Shown here: positions 49,319 to 57,889 of the stretch, piece by piece
Layout of the letters: each line of letters begins with the position of its first letter
Numbering within the stretch: position 1 is the first letter of the stretch
Assembly (NCBI GenBank): GCA_044070495.1
Contig: JBIPSI010000001.1
Location: forward strand, 228,665-292,664
DNA: 64,000 nt
Reading direction: 5' to 3'
Source of the DNA: Spirulina sp.
GTDB lineage: Bacteria > Cyanobacteriota > Cyanobacteriia > Phormidesmidales > Phormidesmidaceae
Translations under genes and position numbers: made by a program
The notes under the pieces: model-generated
What the model was told of the DNA's origin: nothing
The model's input: the letters and a program-made list of their open reading frames with translations, nothing else
Databases searched by the model: none

Positions 49319-49610
49319 AGATCCTTCGATAGATGCCCCCTAGACCGATGAACTGCCATGGTTCAAGCTGATAAAAACTCTCAAATTCACCCCCACGGGT
49401 ACTGTGGATAACATGGAAAATTTTCCATCATAGACCCATGCAACGGGTTAAAGATTCTGCCCTATTTGAAGTCAGCCAAGGTGACAGGATTAGCTTGAAT
49501 CCTGGCCTCATACTCTCAAAAATGCAGAATATCTGGCTTAGAAAGCAGTCTTTCAAGTGAGATTTCCCTTAGTGACCTGTTGCCATCTGTTATTTTGGAG
49601 AATCAGAATC

Positions 49611-49976
49611 ATGGCATCCATTACCTTTGCCCAGCTAGAAAGCTCCCGTCCTCGCTCAGGCAGCGTTGATTTCGAGGCCACGGTCAATGTTGCGTTTGCC
49701 CCCCACGAAGTGAATGCCCTTTGGGAACTTGAAATGCAGCTTCGGGAAGACGATATTCGCAACGATGATCGCCTTGGTAATCCTGTTCGTCGTAGCTTTA
49801 TCGCCGATGATCAGAACATGACCGTTAAGATCGGCCATCGTCTAGCCACCCGGACGGTGAATACGGAATGGGGGGATGAAGAGGTCTATGGCGCGATCAC
49901 GATTCGCCCCCTCAATCCACCCCCTGCCTTCATTACGGCTACGGCCAAAACGGGCATCGAAGTCGTCAACGTCTAG
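49611..49976 (+). CDS. Hypothetical beta-rich protein with acidic EDD..NDD motif
   Basis: GGAG SD before MASITF; followed by a hairpin. Confidence 0.7.
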   Translation: MASITFAQLESSRPRSGSVDFEATVNVAFAPHEVNALWELEMQLREDDIRNDDRLGNPVRRSFIADDQNMTVKIGHRLATRTVNTEWGDEEVYGAITIRPLNPPPAFITATAKTGIEVVNV

Positions 49977-50050
49977 GGAATGGGGATCGGGGAACCATCA
50001 ATCAGGTTTTGGTCGCCATTTCCCATCAACGTACTCTAACGTTGCCCAAT

Positions 50051-50083
50051 AAAAACGGTAGCGGGCCGCAGCCTGCTACCGTT
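50051..50083 (-). terminator. Intrinsic (possibly bidirectional) terminator
   Basis: 13-bp stem AACGGTAGCGGGC/GCCTGCTACCGTT with an A-run on the left. Confidence 0.7.
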
Positions 50084-50250
50084 CACCATTGCTCTAGATC
50101 ATCACCTATGACATCAAGGTTTGTTGTATAGCTGCTGAAAAGGGGCATCTAGAAACAGACCGCACCCAAGGCATCGATTCTCAACAGCCTGTCTCAGCCA
50201 AACATAACTGTAAAACCATCTTTAAGGAATCTGAATCTGCATTTGAAGCG

Positions 50251-50445
50251 CTAGGATGCCTCCGAGGGCATGACCCAATGGGTGCCGCCACCCTGACGCC
50301 GCCCAGGAAACTCGTCGCGGCTATTGGCACTGGCCGCTGATTCCATCCCAAAGGCTTGGACGAGAATCATGGCTCCAAGCGAAAGGGCACCAATGGCTAT
50401 CACGAGGCGGTAGGAACGGAAGAAACCGGATGTCGAAGTTTTCAT
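50251..50445 (-). CDS. 64-aa signal-peptide microprotein ending ...DEFPGRRQGGGTHWVMPSEAS
   Basis: Basic n-region, hydrophobic h-region, ASA cleavage-like site; own AT-rich upstream region and downstream terminator. Confidence 0.75.
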   Translation of the reverse strand: MKTSTSGFFRSYRLVIAIGALSLGAMILVQAFGMESAASANSRDEFPGRRQGGGTHWVMPSEAS

Positions 50446-50851
50446 AGATGCTATCGTTACAGCCCAAAAACCTTTAACCGGCGGGTGATGGTTTCTGAGG
50501 GTAGACGCTCCCTAAACAACACAATCAATCATGGACACTTTGCACAACCAATCAGGAACCTTATAAATCTATTAACGCCGATGGCGGCAAGCTTTACGAC
50601 AGGGGAGTTACTGAATGTGGGCTAAGGAAATCCACGGATTTCTTTAGGTTCTCCGGATGAACTATATATTTTTTTAGTAAAGTTTCCTGAAGAAGGCGCA
50701 ATTTTCTCTGGCTCATATAAATTTTGAGTTGAAAAACTGCACAATTGGGGCTAGAACCATCAGTATATTTATTGAAGGGACATGGGGCAGGATGGGTGAG
50801 ATTCAAAGGACCGTCGCCCGGTCTGAGGTGTGCCCTATCAAAACATTAGCC

Positions 50852-51646
50852 TTAACTTAGCGCCCATTGCAGCCATCCATAGCCCAGGAGGATGGCAAGG
50901 GTTGCCCCGATGGCGGTGTTAATCACATTGACCCATTCATTGGTGAGCCAGGGAATTTGGGGTTGAAGGGTTGCCCCTACCACACTTTCTAGATTTGTGG
51001 CGATAAATGCCGCAATGAGGCATACCCCAAGCCCCCAGGCGGGAATCAGTCCGACCCCCCAGCCCGTGACCGCCATAATCAAGGATCCCACTACCCCCGC
51101 TAGGGTGCCCTCCAGGCTGACGGCCCCTTCGGTGCCAGGGGCCACAGGTTGGAGCGTGGTAATTAAAAAGGTGCGTTTGCCGTAGGCTTTCCCCACTTCG
51201 CTGGCGGTGGTATCAGACAACTTGGTGCTAAAGCTGCTGACGTAGGCCAAGGCTAGCAGTTGAGGCCAGGGTTGAGGTTCCCCTGCCGGAAAGCCCAGGG
51301 ATAACCCCGCTACGGCTAGGGCACAGAGGGCACCCACCAAGGCTGACCCCCATACATTTTCTGGCCCACGCACCCCGGATCGTCCCTCGGCAATGCCCGC
51401 CGCTAGTTTGCGTTCCATACCGATCCGAGTCACCGCTGACCCCACCAGGAAGTAGACCATCACCACGGCATAGCCCCGCCAGCCCAACCCGCCCCAGACT
51501 AAAACGCCCAATCCCCAAGCATGGAGGTAGCCCGCTGGGGTCAGCAATTTTTTCGGTAGCCACCAAGCTAGACCCAGGAGTGCCGTATTCAAAACAAGGC
51601 CCACCATCCAAGGGGAAAGGGTCGTGAACCAGGCCGAGATTGCCAT
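50852..51646 (-). CDS. DUF92/TIGR00297 membrane protein
   Basis: RGPENVWGS, KLSDTTASEVGK, GTEGAVSLEGT, ESVVGA, NEWVN. Confidence 0.9.
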   Translation of the reverse strand: MAISAWFTTLSPWMVGLVLNTALLGLAWWLPKKLLTPAGYLHAWGLGVLVWGGLGWRGYAVVMVYFLVGSAVTRIGMERKLAAGIAEGRSGVRGPENVWGSALVGALCALAVAGLSLGFPAGEPQPWPQLLALAYVSSFSTKLSDTTASEVGKAYGKRTFLITTLQPVAPGTEGAVSLEGTLAGVVGSLIMAVTGWGVGLIPAWGLGVCLIAAFIATNLESVVGATLQPQIPWLTNEWVNVINTAIGATLAILLGYGWLQWALS

Positions 51647-51809
51647 GATAGTCTCCTCGTGATTCGAGTCTATGGGCACCATATCGCGGTTCTGGCCCGG
51701 ATGGATTGGAAAGTAGAGAAGTTGGCTCTGTTTTCGTAGTCAGACGTCCCGATTAAAGCCTGTGGGGATGTCCTAATTTAATGGAAATCTTCTCGGAGTT
51801 ATACCAATA

Positions 51810-51937
51810 AGTAGGTCGGTGAAATCTTAAGCGGGATGTTTTAGGCATAGCTGTAACGTATCAAAGTCTTGACCAGCATGGGTTATGCTGCGCTAACCCA
51901 TCCTACGAGGTCTTACATTTAATCTGTCCCACTGACT
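51810..51937. mobile_element. Degenerate MITE-like element with a REP hairpin (51878-51906)
   Basis: REP ATGGGTT..AACCCATCCTAC is clear; ends AGTAGGTCGGTGAAATCTTAA / TTTAATCTGTCCCACTGACT only loosely complementary. Confidence 0.45.
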
Positions 51938-52039
51938 GACCGCAAACTTCAACCGTGCGTTCAAGCGTTGGTCACCAGGGTTCGGCTATGAGATTAGGAT
52001 TGATAGCGAGCGATCCCCAAATTCTGGAAAAAAGTCGTT

Positions 52040-53014
52040 GTGTATCGGTTTCAACTGACGCCACTGCCATCGCTTTCTGGATTAGGTCTTGCCCCCCAGG
52101 CCCAGGCTCAGCTTTGGTGTGGGGAATCTGTGGTGGCCCAGGGTGCCCTGTGGTGGAAAGGGGCCGAGACCATGGTGGGGCTAGCGGATCTCTGGGACGG
52201 GGACAAGGGGCCATCTGGACAGCCGCCCATCGTGGGACGCCTGGGTCACTTAGAGGCAACGGACGGTGAGGCGGCGGTGGAATTTCTGCATCAAACCTGT
52301 AGGGTGCTGTCCCAAAAGGGCTGTACCCACGTTCTAGGGCCGATGGATGGCACCACTTGGCAAAGCTACCGTTGCGCCACGGATTGGCACCAGGGCCGTC
52401 CTTTTTTGGGAGAACCCCAGACCAATCCGCGCTGGGTGGAGTGGCTGGCCCAGGCTGGGTTTACCCCGGTGGCGTGGTACGAGTCGCGTTTGTGTCTGGA
52501 TTTGACTCAAGCCCCCATCCCCCGTAAGCAGCGCCATCGCCCAGGAACATTTCAGATCAGCCATGCTGTAGGGCTGGAGATCGATACTCTGTTACCCCAG
52601 ATCCATCGGGTTGTGATGGCGAGTTTTCGGCGACAGCCCTTCTTTCAGCCCTTGCCAGAGGAAGTCTTTAGCCAGCTTCTACGGCCCGTGATTTCCCAGG
52701 TAGATCCGACCCTAGTGCAGCTCGCTTGGGAGCAAGATCGGCTGGTGGGGGTGGGGCTGGCCATGCCGGATGTTTTGGCTCCGACGGCGGATCGGCGATT
52801 AATTGTAAAAACCCTGGCCATTTTGCCCGGTCGAGTCTATGCAGGACTGGGCTATGCCCTACTGGAGGCGGCTCATCAAGCGGGATATCGCCAGGGGTAT
52901 CGGCAGGCAATCCACGCCCTGATGCACAGCCAAAACCCGTCCCTGGTGCTCAGTGGCCGCTACCACAGCCAGCCCCTGCGCCGCTACGTGCTACTGGGCA
53001 AGGGCTTGGCTTAG
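52040..53014 (+). CDS. GNAT-fold hypothetical protein (YghO-like)
   Basis: GPMDGTTWQSYR, PFLGEP, KTLAILPG...GLG acetyl-CoA-type loop, HALMH. Confidence 0.65.
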   Translation: MYRFQLTPLPSLSGLGLAPQAQAQLWCGESVVAQGALWWKGAETMVGLADLWDGDKGPSGQPPIVGRLGHLEATDGEAAVEFLHQTCRVLSQKGCTHVLGPMDGTTWQSYRCATDWHQGRPFLGEPQTNPRWVEWLAQAGFTPVAWYESRLCLDLTQAPIPRKQRHRPGTFQISHAVGLEIDTLLPQIHRVVMASFRRQPFFQPLPEEVFSQLLRPVISQVDPTLVQLAWEQDRLVGVGLAMPDVLAPTADRRLIVKTLAILPGRVYAGLGYALLEAAHQAGYRQGYRQAIHALMHSQNPSLVLSGRYHSQPLRRYVLLGKGLA

Positions 53015-53061
53015 GGAAACCTCAGTGCGGGCTAAGCTCAGCGGTCAGATCCCTTGACACC

Positions 53062-53172
53062 CCTCACCCCCAGCCCCTCTCCCACGAGGAGAGGGGAGCT
53101 AGAAAAGTTCAAAGTCCCTCTCCCATGGGGAGAGGGATTTAGGGTGTAGCTTGCTTCCCGTAAGGGTGGGCT
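53062..53172. repeat. Double-hairpin dispersed repeat with nested 21-nt insertion (53147-53167)
   Basis: Near-identical to 38694-38805. Confidence 0.85.
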
Positions 53173-53222
53173 AGATCACGACACAAGAGCATATTTGTGA
53201 TCGATTGGGTCTAGCCTAGGGC

Positions 53223-54107
53223 CTAGATTTCGGCGACGGCGCGTTCTACGAGGCGACGGGCCAGGGTTTGAACGCCCGTGTGCTCGTAGTATTTCACCGA
53301 CACATCCAAGAAGGCCCCCAGGTAGTCGAGCTTGGTCTTAGACCCTTCAATGAAGCCCCCCAGGTTGTCTAGCAGACGGCTTTGGGTGATGCCCTTATCG
53401 GCTACAAAGCGATCCATCCAGCCCTGGGTAGACTCAAAGCTCTCGGTCATAAAAGCCAGCTTGCCTCGGCTGTCTTTGCCGGGAATTTCGTCTTTGATCC
53501 CCTTGAAGGTGGCGTTGTCGTCTAAATCCGATGGCCCCATGCCCTTAATGGCGTTGAGGGCTTTGCTGGAAAAGTCGGCCCCCAGGGGAATAATGCCGTC
53601 AAAACAGACCAGGGCCGCCATGCGAATCAGAGACTCGCTGCCGTAGTCGCCTAGGGCGGTGAGAAAGTCGCCGAGGCTGTCGCCGGGGATGCCGCTGATT
53701 TTGCAAAAGGCCACCACTTCGGTGACCAGCTTCACCGCCAGGTCAATGGTTTGGGCCTTTTCGGGCTTGGGGGTCACACCCTTGAGGAAGCCCAAAAAGG
53801 TATCTTGGCCAATGCGGTTGGCCATGGCGGCGGCTCCCAGCATCCCAGAGGCCGAATCCACGGTTTGGTAAAGCCAGAGGGCAGTTTGGTAGCCTTCCCG
53901 CTTGTCGTTAAATAGGGTGATGGCGCGTTCGCCGATGGCCTGGATCATGGCCTCATCGGTCTCGCCGGTTACGGTTTTGATGGTGTTGTCAAACCCCACC
54001 AGGTTGTCCCACTGACCGGGCACAAAGGTATCTAGGGTTTTGAGGGCGCGTACGGTTAAGCCGCCCGTGGGCAGGTCGTCAACCAGTTTGTAGATTTTTG
54101 TACTCAC
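53223..54107 (-). CDS. Conserved cyanobacterial hypothetical protein
   Basis: GTG start with AGGAG SD; strong codon bias; no recognised domain. Confidence 0.8.
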   Translation of the reverse strand: MSTKIYKLVDDLPTGGLTVRALKTLDTFVPGQWDNLVGFDNTIKTVTGETDEAMIQAIGERAITLFNDKREGYQTALWLYQTVDSASGMLGAAAMANRIGQDTFLGFLKGVTPKPEKAQTIDLAVKLVTEVVAFCKISGIPGDSLGDFLTALGDYGSESLIRMAALVCFDGIIPLGADFSSKALNAIKGMGPSDLDDNATFKGIKDEIPGKDSRGKLAFMTESFESTQGWMDRFVADKGITQSRLLDNLGGFIEGSKTKLDYLGAFLDVSVKYYEHTGVQTLARRLVERAVAEI

Positions 54108-54167
54108 AATTCTCTCCTGAACAGGATATGGGTTAGGGGGCGGTTGCCCGATCAATCAGGACGGAGC

Positions 54168-54797
54168 CTAGGAGGCCGGAACAGGCACCAACTCGGGGCT
54201 GGGGGCTGGACGACTGGGAGTTAGGGGTGCCGTTGGGGTGGTCGGCGTAGCGGGCATCTTAGCGGCCTTGGTGGAGGGCTTGATGGCACCCTTCAGTTGG
54301 GCTAGCCCTTGCAGATCAAACTTTTGCAGCCAATCCACCCGATCCGCCTGGGTAAAGGACGGATCCCGCGAGAGCACCTTCACCTGGTAACGACCGTTCA
54401 CTAACAGCCCCGTACCCGTGCTGCCCTGGTTCACCGCAGGAAATCCGGCGATGCTATCGGTGGCGTCGTTATACTTCTCGGCGGCGGCGGGTAGGCTGGT
54501 GGTGTCGCTAATGCTGAGCATGGCCAGGGTTTGGTCGCCCCGTTGCAGCTTATATTCCGCAAAGCCTTTCTTCTCTTGGTAGGGAATGACCTGGTAATCC
54601 CCTTGGCTGCCGGGGAAGAACTGGTTAAAGGTGCCACCCTGTTCGGCCTTGCGATCCACCGCCGATGGGGTGCCAAATCCGGTGGTGTCCTGCTGTACCT
54701 GGTCGTATTTTGAGGGGGCTGAGGAACAGGCATTGACCAACAGCAATAGGCCAAGTGCCAACGGGATGAATCCCTTGAGCCAGCGAGTCTGACGCAT
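54168..54797 (-). CDS. Hypothetical lipoprotein with Pro/Thr-rich tail
   Basis: Lipobox-like LVNAC, AAGGAG SD; co-oriented with 53223-54107. Confidence 0.8.
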   Translation of the reverse strand: MRQTRWLKGFIPLALGLLLLVNACSSAPSKYDQVQQDTTGFGTPSAVDRKAEQGGTFNQFFPGSQGDYQVIPYQEKKGFAEYKLQRGDQTLAMLSISDTTSLPAAAEKYNDATDSIAGFPAVNQGSTGTGLLVNGRYQVKVLSRDPSFTQADRVDWLQKFDLQGLAQLKGAIKPSTKAAKMPATPTTPTAPLTPSRPAPSPELVPVPAS

Positions 54798-55021
54798 AGT
54801 AATCTCCTTGATGGGGGCAAAGATAGGAATCGGGCCGAGCCAGGGAGTCGGCTAGGCTCTGATGATCATGGTTCGGCCATGTTCCGACCATGCCATGGAA
54901 CGATAAGGCTGAGATAAGTTGTAAAACACTTGTTAACACTCAGGCCCGGCTGTAACGTCCTCGGCAGTATGGACGGACACCACATTCTAGTTGGATGGGG
55001 GCGAGGAGACCTCTCCCCTAC

Positions 55022-55192
55022 GGGCTACTGCTGATCCACATCATATTTTCATGCTGCAATTCCTTGGAGATCCCCCTAAATCCCCCTTGTGAAGGGGGAC
55101 TTTGAATCCAGTTCCCCCCTTCATAAGGGGGGCTAGGGGGGATCAACCCTAGGAATCCAGCGGAATGGAGACCTGTGTATAAGCGGTAGCCC
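55022..55192. mobile_element. 171-bp MITE with 19-bp imperfect TIRs enclosing the double-hairpin repeat 55069-55144
   Basis: GGGCTACTGCTGATCCACA vs reverse complement of the right end GGGCTACCGCTTATACACA (16/19). Confidence 0.7.
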
Positions 55193-55226
55193 CTATCTAT
55201 GGTCTAGGTGAAGATTGCGGCGGCCA

Positions 55227-56336
55227 TCACACCTGGGTGATGTGCAGCAGGGTTCGCTGGTTTTCGGCGGGGCTGCCGATGGTGATGCGAAGCCCGCCGC
55301 CCGTGTGGCGAATCAGCGTGCCCTGGGCCTTGAGCTGGTAGAACCAATCCGCCAGTTCCTCCTCCATCGACCGTGCTGGCAAGCTGGGGCGGGCGTAGAT
55401 AAAGTTGGCGGCGCTGGGCCAGGGTTGCAGCAGGGTTTGGGTGGCGAGGGCGGTGGAAAGCCACTCCCGCTGGGACTGAATTTCGGGAATGATGCTGAGT
55501 AGGTCTTGACGGTGGGCCAGGGCCAGGGCGGCGGCGACCTGGGTGGCGCTGGGCAGGTTGTAGGGCAGGCGCACTTTTTCGAGGGCCTCGGTGAGGTCGG
55601 GGTTGGCCACGGCATAGCCCACCCGAAAGGCTGCTAGTCGAAAGGCTTTAGAAAACGTCCGTAGCACCACCCAGTTGGGCCGTTGCAGCACCTCGGAAAC
55701 GGTGGTGTGCTGGCTAAATTCAAAATAGGCTTCGTCCACCACCACCAGAACGTCCTCCGGCAACTGCCGCAGCCAAGCCAGTTCAGCCTCGGTGAGGGCG
55801 TTGCCCGTGGGAGAGTTGGGGTGCACCATAAACACCACCCGCACCGGAAGTCCCTCCGGCTGGTTGATGGTCTGCTGGGCCGCATCTAAATCCACCTCGA
55901 AGGTCTCTTCATCGCGCCCCACCGCCACCACGGGAATGCCCAGGGTGCGAGCCAAAATGGCGTACATCGAAAAGGTAGGATTGGCCACCAGTACCGATCC
56001 CTCGCCGCCCACACAGGTGGCAATCAGCAGAGAGCGGATCAGCTCATCGGAGCCATTGCCCACCGAAATATGCTGGGCCGCAATACCCGGATGTGCTTCA
56101 GCCACGTAGGCAGCAATGCTGGCCTTCAGTTCGGCGTGGCCCCCATCGGGGTAGCGGTTGGCGGCGATGGTGTGCTGCACCGCCCAGGCCAGCTTCTCCT
56201 TCAGAGCTTCCGGCAAATCGTAGGGACATTCGTTGGTATCGAGGGGATCCAGCACCGCCACCTCGTCAGGGGTACCAGGATGGGGCTGATAGGCCGACAA
56301 CTTCACCACATCCGACCGCAAAAAAGAAAGCGCCAT
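55227..56336 (-). CDS. hisC: Histidinol-phosphate aminotransferase
   Basis: [43 protein letters not shown]. Confidence 0.93.
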   Translation of the reverse strand: MALSFLRSDVVKLSAYQPHPGTPDEVAVLDPLDTNECPYDLPEALKEKLAWAVQHTIAANRYPDGGHAELKASIAAYVAEAHPGIAAQHISVGNGSDELIRSLLIATCVGGEGSVLVANPTFSMYAILARTLGIPVVAVGRDEETFEVDLDAAQQTINQPEGLPVRVVFMVHPNSPTGNALTEAELAWLRQLPEDVLVVVDEAYFEFSQHTTVSEVLQRPNWVVLRTFSKAFRLAAFRVGYAVANPDLTEALEKVRLPYNLPSATQVAAALALAHRQDLLSIIPEIQSQREWLSTALATQTLLQPWPSAANFIYARPSLPARSMEEELADWFYQLKAQGTLIRHTGGGLRITIGSPAENQRTLLHITQV

Positions 56337-56412
56337 AACCCCACAACCCTAGTTGACTCTTGTTAATTCGTATTGCCAAGTTCCCATTATCGCAGTCTTC
56401 CCAGGAATTAAC

Positions 56413-56500
56413 CCCTCCACACCTTCCCACCCTCCCACCTTCCCACCCTCACACCTCCACACCTTCCCACCCTCACACCTCCACACCCACCCCATCCCCC
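56413..56500. repeat. Octamer tandem repeat (CCTCCCAC/CTTCCCAC/CTCCACAC) overlapping the MOSC gene end
   Basis: About 10 degenerate units. Confidence 0.8.
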
Positions 56501-57252
56501 ACCCGCAACCGCGTCCCCCCCTGCCCACGAATCACCGTATTCACCGCCAGCCGATAGAAATGGTTGAACCGATTCGCCGCCACCCCAGGGGGCAGGGTCG
56601 CCCGTCGTTGCTCAATGAAAATGCGCTGAAAGTTGGGCATCGCTTCCCCTGTCAGCGTGTCACGGGTGGGCACGGGGCAGCGTTGGCAGGGGTTGATGCC
56701 CTCCAGCACCACATCCCCCACGGTAAAGGGCACGGGGTCGCTGCTGGCGCTAAACAGGCGATCTTCCCAGAAGGGCGGCACTCCGCCAATTTCCAGGTTG
56801 CTGCGGAATCGGCGGCGTACTTCTTCGATAGTTAGCCCCGGATACCAACGGGCGACGGTTTCTAGGGTGGCGGTGCTGATGATCGTGGGGCCAGAGGCGG
56901 CGGTGTCGTCGGGAAATCCGGTCTCTAGGTTGCCCTGCACGGCAACGGACTGCTGAAGCGCCTGTCCAAGCCAATGGGCTAGAGCGTCCACGTCCTCTGG
57001 TAGCCGAAACGTCGCTGGATCTAGATTCTCCGCCGCACAGGTAATCGTGGCCAAATCTTCGCTGTAGCTGGCCCGGAGCCGATGGATGGCCGCTGTGCGT
57101 TTGGCGTTGATGAACCGCCCTTGGTCGTCAACCAGGGCGTAGGCGCGATCCCCTTGCAGGGCACCGCTGTCCAACACGACAACCTCCGGCACCGCCACCC
57201 CATCAAGGGACTTCATGGGAAACAGATCAATCCGTGCGAGATAGGGAGTCAT
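56473..57252 (-). CDS. MOSC domain protein (YcbX-like)
   Basis: FPMKSL, GDRAYAL, RRFRSNL, PFWED, CQRCPVP. Confidence 0.9.
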   Translation of the reverse strand: MTPYLARIDLFPMKSLDGVAVPEVVVLDSGALQGDRAYALVDDQGRFINAKRTAAIHRLRASYSEDLATITCAAENLDPATFRLPEDVDALAHWLGQALQQSVAVQGNLETGFPDDTAASGPTIISTATLETVARWYPGLTIEEVRRRFRSNLEIGGVPPFWEDRLFSASSDPVPFTVGDVVLEGINPCQRCPVPTRDTLTGEAMPNFQRIFIEQRRATLPPGVAANRFNHFYRLAVNTVIRGQGGTRLRVGDGVGVEV

Positions 57253-57543
57253 GGGCTAAAACCATTCGTTTACCCTGGTTCTATCCTGGGTTTGCGCTGG
57301 GTCTACCCCAGGAGAGATGGCCGAGGAGAGGACAGAAATTTACTGTAAACCGATTACGGGCAAATCGATTCCATCGCCATTCAGCCCATTCCCCTGGGGC
57401 ACAGGGCGTTCCCTAGGGGGAACCATCGGTATCAGGTTCAGGGCGTACAGAAACCCCAGGGTAAAGGGGACATGATGTCAAAAATAACTTATTAAAATGA
57501 AACAAAGGGTTGCTTTTTTAGATATTTTCTGCTCCAATATGAC

Positions 57544-57581
57544 ATTGAAAAGGCTATATCAATAAAGTTTTAACCATTGAT
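57544..57581. promoter_or_regulatory. Overlapping inverted repeats (ATTGA-N10-TCAAT, ATCAAT-N12-ATTGAT) in an AT-rich promoter region
   Basis: Read directly; the regulator is unknown. Confidence 0.45.
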
Positions 57582-57589
57582 TAGCTGCA

Positions 57590-57739
57590 ATGATCTTGTC
57601 TTCAGGCAATCTACGGCCAAGGCCGCTGAGTGCTGGAGATAGGGTTGTAGCATCGGTGATTAGAGCTTTAGGCTGTAGTCGTAATCTCCTTGTAATCTCC
57701 TGTATGTGTTGGACGGGCTTCGGCTCGTCCCTTTTTTTG
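57590..57739 (+). ncRNA. Candidate sRNA or terminated leader (5' end approximate)
   Basis: Lies between an AT-rich promoter region and a strong terminator with no upstream CDS on this strand; tandem GTAATCTCCT. Confidence 0.45.
57711..57739 (+). terminator. Intrinsic terminator with cUUCGg loop
   Basis: GGACGGGC-TTCG-GCTCGTCC followed by T7. Confidence 0.85.
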
Positions 57740-57889
57740 TCAGTGCCTAGGTCGGGAACATCCCTGATCGGGCTGGATTGAGTCTGAATCGTCAGTGCTG
57801 AGTCGTCAATAACGTCCTATTGCAAGCGCTTTGGGCGAAGGGTATTCCAGCGATACCCTACTAGGGTCTACCTTTGTGGAGGCAGTGCC

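Noticed and set aside
50251..50445. patX/patS call
   Set aside because: Lacks the RG(S/T)GR pentapeptide and the hetR context
57590..57781. 63-aa ORF, or a known riboswitch (c-di-AMP, fluoride, Na+/Li+, glutamine)
   Set aside because: The ORF runs through the terminator and has no SD; the consensus motifs were not recognised by eye
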